Made by a program: the position numbers and the translations under genes
Virus record (IMG/VR): IMGVR_UViG_3300026735_000021
Span: 1 to 64,000 of that record
Source: a virus
Taxonomy: Duplodnaviria > Caudoviricetes
Length of the DNA stretch: 64,000 nt
Strand: one strand, 5' to 3'
In this document: positions 46,993-56,900 of the stretch, piece after piece
How the letters are laid out: every line of letters starts with the position of its first letter
How positions within the stretch are numbered: position 1 is the stretch's first letter
Notes under the pieces: generated by a model
The model's input: only the letters and a program-made list of their open reading frames with translations
Database searches by the model: none
What the model was told of the DNA's origin: nothing

Positions 46993-48315
46993 ATGCTAGA
47001 AAAAAATCTTGTATCAACACTACTTAAAATCAAAGACACATCGTCGAAAACACAAAAACAACAAATTGTTAAAGAAAATGCGGATACACCATTGCTTAAA
47101 GAAGCTTTGGTGTTTATGTTAAACCCTTTTACAAAAATTGGAATCTCAACAATTTCATTATCAAAAGATATTGAACCTATTCAAGAATACACAGAATTTA
47201 ACACTGTGCTAGAATACCTTATTGACAACCCAACTGGATCAAATAAATCCATTGCCATCCTCTTAGGCTATCTCAATCAATTTGATGACACAACTAAATC
47301 TGTATTATCTGAAGTATTTGCTAAATCATTGAGTGTCGGCATGTCAGCAAAGTCTGTCAATAAAGCCTTTAATGAAAACCTTATTCCCATTTTTGATGTC
47401 CAACTTGCGTTTTCTATCGATAAATACATTCAGGATATCACTGAAGATGAAAAGTTGTATGTAACACAAAAACTTGATGGAACACGATGTATCGTCAAAG
47501 TACAAAACGAAACATCATGTGAATTATACTCACGTAAAGGTATAAAACAAGAAGGATTTGATGAATTAGAAAATGATATACTATCATTTATCAGTAAAAA
47601 TCAACACCTTATGCAACATTTTCCGAATGGAATCGTTCTTGATGGCGAACTCTTACTTAAAAATACAAAAAACCTTAGCGTTCATGAATTATTCAGAGCA
47701 TCAGCTAAAGAAATCCGCAAAAAAGGACAAAAATCAAATATTCAATTAAACATCTTTGATTGTATTCCCCTTGACGAATTCCTAACATCAGAAACATCAA
47801 GCAAGCCCTATTCTCATCGTCGAGAATCTTGGCTTAATGCTATGATTAAAACCGATTTAGTAGCACCTATCCCCTTGTTAGGCATTATTACTAAAGATCA
47901 AATTCAAAATTGGGCAACAATTGCAAAACAAAATAAATGGGAAGGCGTAATGTTGAATAGAGCAACAGGGCTTTATGCAAAAAAACGTTCTAAAGATATC
48001 CTAAAAGTAAAGCAAATGAAATCAGCTGACGTTGAAATTGTAGGATTTAACCAAGCCATCGAAGGCAAATTTAAAGGAAAACTAAAATCATTAATTGTTA
48101 GTCTAGGTAATGGAAAGACAACAGATGTAGGATTTGGTATCTCAGATAAACTTAAAACTGAAATTTGGGATAATCAAGATTTCTATCTAGGAAAAATGAT
48201 TGAAATTCAATATTTCCAAAAATCTGAAAACCAAAAAGGAGGTGAAGCATTGCGTCACGCAGGATTTACTCGATTCCGTTTCGATAAAACACCTGATGAT
48301 ACAAATATTGAATAA
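46993..48315 (+). CDS. ATP-dependent DNA ligase
   Basis: TQKLDGTR, LDGEL, IFD, EGVM, LKVK and OB-fold motifs. Confidence 0.93.
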   Translation: MLEKNLVSTLLKIKDTSSKTQKQQIVKENADTPLLKEALVFMLNPFTKIGISTISLSKDIEPIQEYTEFNTVLEYLIDNPTGSNKSIAILLGYLNQFDDTTKSVLSEVFAKSLSVGMSAKSVNKAFNENLIPIFDVQLAFSIDKYIQDITEDEKLYVTQKLDGTRCIVKVQNETSCELYSRKGIKQEGFDELENDILSFISKNQHLMQHFPNGIVLDGELLLKNTKNLSVHELFRASAKEIRKKGQKSNIQLNIFDCIPLDEFLTSETSSKPYSHRRESWLNAMIKTDLVAPIPLLGIITKDQIQNWATIAKQNKWEGVMLNRATGLYAKKRSKDILKVKQMKSADVEIVGFNQAIEGKFKGKLKSLIVSLGNGKTTDVGFGISDKLKTEIWDNQDFYLGKMIEIQYFQKSENQKGGEALRHAGFTRFRFDKTPDDTNIE

Positions 48316-48316
48316 T

Positions 48317-49267
48317 ATGGATAAATTAAAAGATAATCAAATCAGAAAAGCCATTGTTAAATCATTAAAAGGCCACATTCTTTTACACGAATTTACATTC
48401 ATGTTCAATAATACCATTGCAGACATCTTAGACGTAACATCAGATAAAATCACAAGTTACGAAATTAAAAGTGACTATGATTCATATGCCAGACTTCCTA
48501 ATCAAATCATTGGTTACAATAGCGTTTGTTCATTCAAATATATCGTAATCGGAGCATCAAAAGAATCATCAATATACGATCACATTCCTGATGATTATGG
48601 TATCATTGTGGCATCAAGCATTAACAACAAAATTGAATTAACAACAATCAGAAAACCTATTGAAAACAAAAATATTCAAGTAGAACCTATGATTGAATGG
48701 CTTCCATCAACAATAATTAAATCTATAGCTAAAGCACAACCCATAATTTTAGCAAAATATGATAACAAGAAAACACAAGTAAACAAAACACCTAAACACG
48801 TATTAATACAAGATATATTGTCTAATATGCGAAATGAAATCATCATTGAAGAAGCAATGACTTACCTCAAGTCCGACGGTCTAGCTACAAAACGAGACGA
48901 ACTCAAAGGCTGGAGAGATATAATCAAAAACAAAGAAAAGGCGTCTATAGACGCCGAGTATGGCTATCGTATTTCAAACTTCCAATACTGGACAGAAGAT
49001 TTAAAATTAGCCCAATCATCCAAACGTTGGTCAAGACTCAAAACATTAGACTCATATCTACCATTGTCATTATATAACAAAGCCGCTTACACATATAGAG
49101 CCCACTTTGACTTCGATGACTCTGAATCAATTGTACTAGTCTTTGATGACAACCCAAAACTATCATTTCCTGCGGAAAAAAGGCTCTTTGATACATTAGA
49201 ACAATCTTTAATTAACAAAGATCCTTATCAAAAAGTATTATTTAAATTAAAACTCAAATTTAAATAA
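48317..49267 (+). CDS. sce7726-family protein (PD-(D/E)xK-like)
   Basis: IADIL...YEIKSDYDSYARL..QI..Y; ATG 48317 follows the ligase stop (track start 48200 overlaps the ligase). Confidence 0.7.
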   Translation: MDKLKDNQIRKAIVKSLKGHILLHEFTFMFNNTIADILDVTSDKITSYEIKSDYDSYARLPNQIIGYNSVCSFKYIVIGASKESSIYDHIPDDYGIIVASSINNKIELTTIRKPIENKNIQVEPMIEWLPSTIIKSIAKAQPIILAKYDNKKTQVNKTPKHVLIQDILSNMRNEIIIEEAMTYLKSDGLATKRDELKGWRDIIKNKEKASIDAEYGYRISNFQYWTEDLKLAQSSKRWSRLKTLDSYLPLSLYNKAAYTYRAHFDFDDSESIVLVFDDNPKLSFPAEKRLFDTLEQSLINKDPYQKVLFKLKLKFK

Positions 49268-49271
49268 TACG

Positions 49272-49300
49272 AAAACTACTCTATAGAGTAGTTTTTTTTT
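49272..49300 (+). terminator. Intrinsic terminator
   Basis: AAAACTACTC-TATA-GAGTAGTTTT plus T tract. Confidence 0.8.
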
Positions 49301-49506
49301 ATATGCAAAACTTAATGTAAAATCTCATTTGCCAATAAAGATTTCACTCTTATTATATTATAAATCTTATAGTATAATAGATCATGTAGCAGAAGCTCAT
49401 ATTTAGCATTCTCTGCTATTTAATTTAACAATGCATAGCAATTTACCATAAATTAAAAGCAAGGGCTTAAAAGCCAAAATATCGCAATGTGCGAAAGGAT
49501 AAAATC

Positions 49507-52314
49507 ATGCCAACAATTTCACCATTTCAAGACTTACCTGTTGTTCAAGGATTTTTTGACATCACTAAAGTTAAAAGCTCCAACCGAGATTCCAAAATAG
49601 ATAAAGCATCAGATGATATGTCAACCATTGATCGGTTATGGTTAGAAGGTACATTTCATCAATTGAAATTGTCATCTACTCCTGAAAAACCAGAATATGA
49701 AACAATTCCACGAGTAACAATGAACATCAAAGATAATGACGTACAGATCAATGATCGTATTGTAATTACTGCTCGTAAAAAAGTTGAAAAAAGAATATTT
49801 AAGGGTCGAGAATACACTAATATTTCATTAGAGCCAATTCAATACAACAACCAATCCAGCTCTGACCGTCTAATATCTGAGCAATTTCAATACGGAACAA
49901 TGGCTCAGTTTTTACAAACCAATGTAAAAAATGTAGGTAAAACCACGTCTAAAAAATTAGTACAACTCTTAGGCACAGACGCTAAAACTTTCATCCAAAA
50001 TTTACTTCAATTGAAAGATCCCAACCACCCATTTAGTATGGAAATTAAAGGGTACAGGTCTGGTGACAAAATCTATAAAGGTCTTTATAATTATCTTGTT
50101 AATAAATTTCCAGAATTAGACCAAAGTTTATTTGTATTGTTCGAAGATTTAGAACGAGAAAAACTCATCAAACCAAGTGATCTCACCATTCCACATTTTG
50201 AATGGGCTCTCACACAAAACGAATGGGCTCATATTCAAAAACTAAATGAAAATTATACAAATGATCCATCAAAATTTATATGGACAAATCCATTTCAAGC
50301 CCTATTAACCAATATTGCGGAAAAACAAGGAATTGCTAGGCTTTATGGTTCTAAAATTAAACGATTAATTACAGCCATTCAAATTGCAAAATCAACACCA
50401 ATGGAAATTATTCTTCCACCGTTGTTGTATGATGCAATCATTACCAATACAAACAAAACAAAAGATACAGCCATTCCAGTTGATGCTGGCAATATATTCA
50501 CGCCTATGGCTAACGAAGTAAGAACATGGATGTATTCAAACCTATCTAAGCCTCATGATCAAACCTTAAGTTTACTCAATAATTTAGAAGCATTGGGAGA
50601 GCAACCCTTTTCATCATGGAACTTAGATCCAAAACAAAAATTGGTTAAATACTATGATGGCTACATTATGACAGCCAGACAATTCCAAATCAACAAAGAA
50701 TTAGCCAAAGAAATCAAATTTAGAACCAATCGAAAAACACAGCCATTAGTTGACCCTGATATTCTTGAACAAATTGTAATTTCGGAATTTCAAAAAGATA
50801 TTCCAAATGGAACACTTGACCCATCACAACTTGATGCCATCAAATTGAGCAATAAATCAACCATGTCTATCATCACAGGTGGGCCAGGTACGGGTAAAAC
50901 TACAATTGTAAAATATTTGTTAAAAGCTTGGCTATCACAGTGCCGAAATTATGCGGAATTCATTGAATCCGTCGCATTGATGGCCCCAACCGGGAAAGCC
51001 GCAAAACGAATGTCTGAACAAGTTCACAATATTGCTGGGCCATATACATTATCTCAATTAAAGGCCTCAACAATTCATTCAAGATTACAATTATCTATTG
51101 ACTCTAATGAATTCATGACAAGCAATGATGTCATCAAAGAATCAGGAAAAATTAAACTCGTTATTATTGATGAAGCGTCAATGTTAGACGAAGCATTAAT
51201 GAACGCAGTCTTATCTAAAATTGGAAGATCTATCAAAATCGTAATACTTGGTGACGTTGACCAAATTCCATCAATTTCTAACGGAAAAGTACTACAAGAT
51301 TTAATTGAATCTAATGTCATTCCTACATCAAAACTAGATGTAACACATAGAAACGGCGGGGTTATTGCCGAAAACGCAAGACATATCAGACACGGAGATC
51401 CTGTATCCGCCTGGAACTTATCACAGCCTGAATTTAAAATCATTAACAGTCCTGATTTTCCTGTTGACTCACTTCAAATGCATGAGTTCTTGTATACCCA
51501 TATCGCATCGAAATACTTACATCTAAAACCAGATGATTTCTCAAAATTTGCAGTATTATCGCCATTCAAAAACAAAGAAAAATTTAACAACGGCTTCAAT
51601 GCACCTCGATTAGCGACAGCGTTAATCAATGAAAATGTACAAAGAATCTTACATACACACCCAACACCACAAGAAACCCTAAATGTTAAGAAAACACCAT
51701 ATCCTAATGATTTAGGTACAAATTTCTACTTGAGAGACTATGTTATTAATACAACCAATTTTAATGTCATTAGTTTTGACAATGCGGCTGAGTGTAAAAA
51801 ATTTATTTTCCAAGTTATAAATGGGAATTACATCGGAAATGTAAATCAACAAGAACAACTAGCAAAACTAAATAATTACCATCATCACAAGGAAACCATC
51901 TTTAATGGTGATACTGGTTTTATTTATGACATCATTAATGGTGTAATTAGTAAGGCGACAGGTGAAGTAGTAAATGCTGCAATCATCAAAATTGATGATA
52001 TGTTCGTTCCGTTTATTGATGTAGAACTCACACAAATAGATTTGGCTTATGCTATTACAACACATAAATCACAAGGATCTGAATTTGACGAAGTTCTTGT
52101 AATTCAACCTGAATTTAATTCTTATTTGAAAAACATGACATCTCGTGAATTAATTTATACAGCTGTGACCCGGGCTAAAAAATCTGTTTCAATTTTAGGT
52201 GAATATGATTCCATCAATTTAGCTTTAGCTACTCGATCAAATCAACGGATTACTGTATTATCATCATCATTCTTACAATCAAATCCTATAACATTTAATA
52301 ATAAAAAGCCATGA
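49507..52314 (+). CDS. RecD2-like SF1B helicase
   Basis: TGGPGTGKTT, IIDEASM, LGDVDQ, AYAITTHKSQGSEF, YTAVTRAK; ATG 49507 with RBS GAAAGGA. Confidence 0.9.
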   Translation: MPTISPFQDLPVVQGFFDITKVKSSNRDSKIDKASDDMSTIDRLWLEGTFHQLKLSSTPEKPEYETIPRVTMNIKDNDVQINDRIVITARKKVEKRIFKGREYTNISLEPIQYNNQSSSDRLISEQFQYGTMAQFLQTNVKNVGKTTSKKLVQLLGTDAKTFIQNLLQLKDPNHPFSMEIKGYRSGDKIYKGLYNYLVNKFPELDQSLFVLFEDLEREKLIKPSDLTIPHFEWALTQNEWAHIQKLNENYTNDPSKFIWTNPFQALLTNIAEKQGIARLYGSKIKRLITAIQIAKSTPMEIILPPLLYDAIITNTNKTKDTAIPVDAGNIFTPMANEVRTWMYSNLSKPHDQTLSLLNNLEALGEQPFSSWNLDPKQKLVKYYDGYIMTARQFQINKELAKEIKFRTNRKTQPLVDPDILEQIVISEFQKDIPNGTLDPSQLDAIKLSNKSTMSIITGGPGTGKTTIVKYLLKAWLSQCRNYAEFIESVALMAPTGKAAKRMSEQVHNIAGPYTLSQLKASTIHSRLQLSIDSNEFMTSNDVIKESGKIKLVIIDEASMLDEALMNAVLSKIGRSIKIVILGDVDQIPSISNGKVLQDLIESNVIPTSKLDVTHRNGGVIAENARHIRHGDPVSAWNLSQPEFKIINSPDFPVDSLQMHEFLYTHIASKYLHLKPDDFSKFAVLSPFKNKEKFNNGFNAPRLATALINENVQRILHTHPTPQETLNVKKTPYPNDLGTNFYLRDYVINTTNFNVISFDNAAECKKFIFQVINGNYIGNVNQQEQLAKLNNYHHHKETIFNGDTGFIYDIINGVISKATGEVVNAAIIKIDDMFVPFIDVELTQIDLAYAITTHKSQGSEFDEVLVIQPEFNSYLKNMTSRELIYTAVTRAKKSVSILGEYDSINLALATRSNQRITVLSSSFLQSNPITFNNKKP

Positions 52315-52320
52315 CACACA

Positions 52321-52349
52321 AAAAGACTACAATATGTAGTCTTTTTTTT
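52321..52349. terminator. Terminator between convergent genes (likely bidirectional)
   Basis: AAAAGACTACA-ATA-TGTAGTCTTTT flanked by A and T tracts. Confidence 0.8.
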
Positions 52350-53706
52350 ATACATCCAAGATGAATCGTAATAAATCTAATACTTTTTCAGGATCACCAC
52401 CTGTTTCTAATTGAACAACAGAGCCAGCTGTAGCAACTTGCATCATTGTGTCGTAAGCCAAACGGGCTTTTGTACGAGGATTCGTATGAACATCTTTATA
52501 AGCTGGAATTCCAAACATATAATCAACAAATTTAGGAAATTCTTGTTTGACTTGAGGTTTGACATAAAGATTTGATAATTTTTCAATCTCTTTTTTACGT
52601 GTAGCCTCTGCCTTACGAGCTTGTTCCATTTTTTCAGCTAGAGCTTTAGCCTCGGCATCAGCTTTTGCTTGAGCTTCAGTATCACGCAAGCGTTGAGCTT
52701 CCTCTTGTTGTTTCTTGATTCGAGCCATTTCTTTAGCTTCTTGCTCACGCTTAATCTTAGCTTCAGCCTCAGCTTTTTCTCTTAATTCAGCGGCTCTACG
52801 TTCCGCTTCAAGTTTACGTTCTGCATTAATTTTTAAAGCCTCACCCTCAGTAATAACATATTGAGGTGATGGATTGGCTTTAAATCCAGTCAACAATTTA
52901 AACTGATCAACTGATGATAGGCCCCATGAGTTTGACTCAATAGATTGCAAGGCTGTGCTCCACTCAAACACAATGTTTGAAACATTTGTTCTTACTTTCT
53001 CTGTAATTTTTCGAGTCTTAGCTCCTGATACCAATTTTGGATTAATCAAACGGAATCGACTAAAGTCTTGAAGCTCTGGTGCCAATCTAGCAATAATATT
53101 ATATTGAGCAATACTTGCTTCAAATGTTGATTTCAATTCAGCCCATCGTTGATTTGCTCTATGTGCTGTGATATCATTTTTCAATTGATTAATATCGGCT
53201 TTGGCTGTAACTAAATCATCAAATTTAGCAGCTGTCAATTTGTCATCTAAATATTTAACAGCTTTATCACGTTGATCGTTAAAATAATCTTTAATGGCTT
53301 TTCTATCTTTTGTAATTGATGTGCTAAATGATGAAATTGCATCAAGAGCTTTCAAGTTTTCATTCAATGACTCTTCATCAATACTTTCAACAAACTCATC
53401 TGGATTTTTTCGCCAGTCAGTCAATAACATATCAACTTGTTTCAATTTCTCAGGAATTTCTGCAAGAATCTTATTAAAAGCATCTGTTTCAGCAACATCG
53501 GGTGTAATTTGAACGACAGCCATGCTCGTTTCAACCGGAGCACTTTCAAGTCGTTTATGGGTTGCTGTGCTTTCACCAATAATAGTTCCATCGGAATCGA
53601 GTAAATCAGCAACAGGCTCAAAAACCTCTTGTTGTTTTTCTTCAAAATCAACGTTTTGCTCTGTTTCTTGTGCCTGCGCAGCCCATGTATCAAAAATGTC
53701 ACTCAT
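52348..53706 (-). CDS. Hypothetical coiled-coil protein (DUF1351-like)
   Basis: KDRKAIKDYFNDQ segment and an EAERRA-type charged helix; TGCTATAAT promoter at 53744-53752 on the minus strand. Confidence 0.55.
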   Translation of the reverse strand: MSDIFDTWAAQAQETEQNVDFEEKQQEVFEPVADLLDSDGTIIGESTATHKRLESAPVETSMAVVQITPDVAETDAFNKILAEIPEKLKQVDMLLTDWRKNPDEFVESIDEESLNENLKALDAISSFSTSITKDRKAIKDYFNDQRDKAVKYLDDKLTAAKFDDLVTAKADINQLKNDITAHRANQRWAELKSTFEASIAQYNIIARLAPELQDFSRFRLINPKLVSGAKTRKITEKVRTNVSNIVFEWSTALQSIESNSWGLSSVDQFKLLTGFKANPSPQYVITEGEALKINAERKLEAERRAAELREKAEAEAKIKREQEAKEMARIKKQQEEAQRLRDTEAQAKADAEAKALAEKMEQARKAEATRKKEIEKLSNLYVKPQVKQEFPKFVDYMFGIPAYKDVHTNPRTKARLAYDTMMQVATAGSVVQLETGGDPEKVLDLLRFILDV

Positions 53707-53893
53707 AATAATAATATCCCTTCGATCTTTTTATCTATATCTTATTATAGCATAATTCGGCTGATATATCAACCAAGATGATATAAACCGCATATATTTT
53801 TTATATAGATCATCAGATATAATTTTTTTTTGAATATTATTCATTATAGGCGATACTTATCTTTTATATATAAATTCTTAATGCCACCCTAAA

Positions 53894-54939
53894 GTGGAAC
53901 CACTAAACATGACAGTGGTCTCGGTTCATCGTCACAGGTTCCACCGGTTCCACTTTGGTGGAACTTTTCAGTACACCAAAAATTAGTGTTTGTAATATTT
54001 CACGAACCACCATTGTAACAACGTTTATGCACGTTTTCGCATCAATTTATACAGTGCTAAATTTCGTGGTTCCAATGGTTCCACCAAATTTTGACAACCA
54101 TTTATAATATTGCTCCCTTTTTGACATACATTAAAGAAATCTAAGCATCATAGGGAGCAGAGCATTATTTCTAAATAATATATAAATATAGTGGAACTAG
54201 TGGAACTTAATTAACTAAGTCCGTGGTTGACACTTTTTGAGGTTCCACTTTTGGTTCCACTTTTGCTAAAAAGTTCCACCAAAGTGGAACTTTTGTTCAG
54301 TCTAACTGGAATTTTGGCTAAAAACATCACTCATTATATTCTAATGTATCTCATTTTCAGTCAAAATTTTTATAATTATTGCTGAAAAAAAATAAAGCAG
54401 GCGCCATAAAAAAGAGAGCATCCTACCCCATTTTCCTGTATTTTTAGACCAAAAGTGGAACCTGTAATATTTGCAACATTTATTTTTCCAAAATTTCACA
54501 TGACAAATCATGTTTCGTATGAATTGCTATTGACCCAATTATTTAAATTTTAATGTATACATTTATTGGAAAATTTCACAATATATAAGGTTCCACCATA
54601 ATATAGTTGAAATATGCCGTAATGTGGCATATTTCGTTTTATGAGAAATTGCAAATTATGATGACGACGAAGGTCTATTTTCTGTATTGATTTATAAGAA
54701 AATCCAAAGGTTCCACCAAAAAGTGGAACCGTAAATCATGACAACATCAAACCTTTAAACGTGTATTTCCAAAAAGTTCCACTAAAGTGGAACTTTTCAA
54801 TGAACATTGAGCCTCGTAATTTTACACTATAACTTTTTTCTAATTATTTTATAATAATGCCAAAAATAAATATCAATAATGATTTGTGAAAGCATAAACT
54901 TGGCAAAAAGGTTCCACTTTCAATCGACCAAAGTGGAAC
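53894..54939. repeat. Iteron-like GTTCCAC/GTGGAAC cluster; putative replication origin
   Basis: 19 exact heptamers counted by eye, in both orientations, within an AT-rich 1.37-kb gene-free gap between divergent genes. Confidence 0.8.
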
Positions 54940-55076
54940 CAAACAAAAATATTAACAAAGCCCGTAGTAATCATGCTTTGTAGCGTATTTTTGATAATAA
55001 TAATTTAAAAAAGAAATTGTTTATACAATTTTATTTTTTTAAATATTGTAATAAAACTCTTGAAAGGAAATAATCT

Positions 55077-55610
55077 ATGAACAATAGAGATACTGACACC
55101 CTACTCCAATGTGAGCGATTAAAAGAATTAATTAAAACTCAGCCATGGCTATCATACAAAGAATTGGGGGAACAATTAGGTGTAACCAAACAAAGAATTG
55201 GGCAAATAATCAAAAAAAATAATATATCTTATAATAAAACATTGAAACCATTATCTATTCAATATGGCGATGATGTTATCACGAATGCCTCAATGTTAAT
55301 GTTAAGCAATCCAAGTCTAATGATAGATGCAATACGAGAACAAACAGGTTTGAGTCAGACGGCTATTGAACGATTGAGATATACACTAAACCGAGAAACG
55401 CCTCAAGCCGAACATTCAAAACAACAAGTTGAAATCTTAAGAAAATTTGTTAAAGATAATAATTTAGAAGTAAATCCACATGGTATGACTGTCGATGATA
55501 TTTCATCTAAATTAGGTTGGTCAAAACAAAAATTGAATAAAATTCAAAGAGAAAATAATATTAAAATCTATTATCCAGTTGGTAGAAACATTGATTATTC
55601 CCCACGATAA
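55077..55610 (+). CDS. Multi-HTH DNA-binding protein
   Basis: SYKELGEQLGVTKQRIGQII plus two further HTH-like segments (IREQTGLSQTAIERL, VDDISSKLGWSKQKL). Confidence 0.7.
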   Translation: MNNRDTDTLLQCERLKELIKTQPWLSYKELGEQLGVTKQRIGQIIKKNNISYNKTLKPLSIQYGDDVITNASMLMLSNPSLMIDAIREQTGLSQTAIERLRYTLNRETPQAEHSKQQVEILRKFVKDNNLEVNPHGMTVDDISSKLGWSKQKLNKIQRENNIKIYYPVGRNIDYSPR

Positions 55611-55706
55611 TATAATCAATACGATAATAAATTCATTGACGAACACTGGCAATAGTGCTATAATGAAGTAAACGGCTGAAATGTCAACAGAAAAGGAACG
55701 AAATAT

Positions 55707-56537
55707 ATGCACGATTTGTACATGTGGTATCTAAATACTGTATCATTACCTATTAGGACAGTTTTATATAATATTGTAACTGCAATTGATATTATTTTAC
55801 GATATATATTATTATTCATAATGTTTATCCTTCATACCATTGATTTGATTTATATCCCTCTTATTGTATTTATAATTGGTGGGGGTTTAATATTCATCAC
55901 AATTTATACCATTACCGAATCCAAGAATATACCTCAATTAGTAAAGGACAATAGTAGAGATTCACACCTATTAAATGATGTAATATTTGCCCGCAAAGTT
56001 TTTGAACCAGATGAGCAAAAACACAATGGTGTATTTGAAAGCAAACTCAAAAAAAGATTGAAATTTGTGATTATAAAAGATCTTCTCACAATTGTTTTAG
56101 CCGTTATTATTGTATTGGCTATATCAAAATTTACACCCAATTCTACATATAAACAATTGAAAGATCATCATGATTATTATGCCGAATCAATTAATAAATA
56201 CAAAATCGTATCTGATAATTCATTAACCTTTGTTGGACTTATGATGACAAATGATCATTTTAATGCTGACCCCCATTCTCGAATGCTTGATTTCGTAAAC
56301 AAAGAATACCCAATGAACACACTTACAGCAATAGCCTCACAGTATCAATCAGCCACTAAAATCATAAAGAAAAATGGAAAAGATAAAAACGAAATTGATA
56401 ATTCCAAAAAAGTTGTAGCAAAAATCAAAGAAATCAATAAAAACATTGATAAAATTTACAATAACACCAAAGATAAAACAAAAGCTAACAAAGAAATTTA
56501 TGATAAGTATGGCGAGCTATCAACAATAACCCCATAA
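55707..56537 (+). CDS. Hypothetical membrane protein
   Basis: Several hydrophobic helices; RBS AAGGA. Confidence 0.7.
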   Translation: MHDLYMWYLNTVSLPIRTVLYNIVTAIDIILRYILLFIMFILHTIDLIYIPLIVFIIGGGLIFITIYTITESKNIPQLVKDNSRDSHLLNDVIFARKVFEPDEQKHNGVFESKLKKRLKFVIIKDLLTIVLAVIIVLAISKFTPNSTYKQLKDHHDYYAESINKYKIVSDNSLTFVGLMMTNDHFNADPHSRMLDFVNKEYPMNTLTAIASQYQSATKIIKKNGKDKNEIDNSKKVVAKIKEINKNIDKIYNNTKDKTKANKEIYDKYGELSTITP

Positions 56538-56543
56538 TATAAG

Positions 56544-56570
56544 GTCTGCAATATGCAGACTTTTTTTTTT
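56544..56570 (+). terminator. Intrinsic terminator
   Basis: GTCTGCA-ATA-TGCAGAC plus T10. Confidence 0.75.
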
Positions 56571-56666
56571 AAAAAGGTATAGTTTAACTTGACCTTTCTT
56601 TGAATTAATGATATGATAGTATTAGTTCAAATGACTGAAATTTCAACTTATATTCAAAGGATAACT

Positions 56667-56900
56667 ATGAAAACTTACAATTTAACCGAATTGCGGAAGA
56701 AATCAAAACTTACAGTAAAATCGATTACTTCCGAATTATCAATTACAAAAGCCACATTATATGCGTGGGAGAATGGAACAACACAAATACCATTATTAAG
56801 TCTTAAACGCTTATTAGAACTATATGGTGTTACAATGAAAGATCTTGACTGGGATAGCATCTTTAATAATTTAGAAAGCAAGCGCAATATTGTCGAATAA
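56667..56900 (+). CDS. XRE/Cro-family HTH regulator
   Basis: LTELRKKSKLTVKSITSELSITKATLYAWENG; ATG 56667 with RBS AAAGGA. Confidence 0.85.
   Translation: MKTYNLTELRKKSKLTVKSITSELSITKATLYAWENGTTQIPLLSLKRLLELYGVTMKDLDWDSIFNNLESKRNIVE

Noticed and set aside
53894-54939. CRISPR array
   Set aside because: The repeats are only 7-8 bp, in both orientations and irregularly spaced, and no cas genes are present; iterons fit better.
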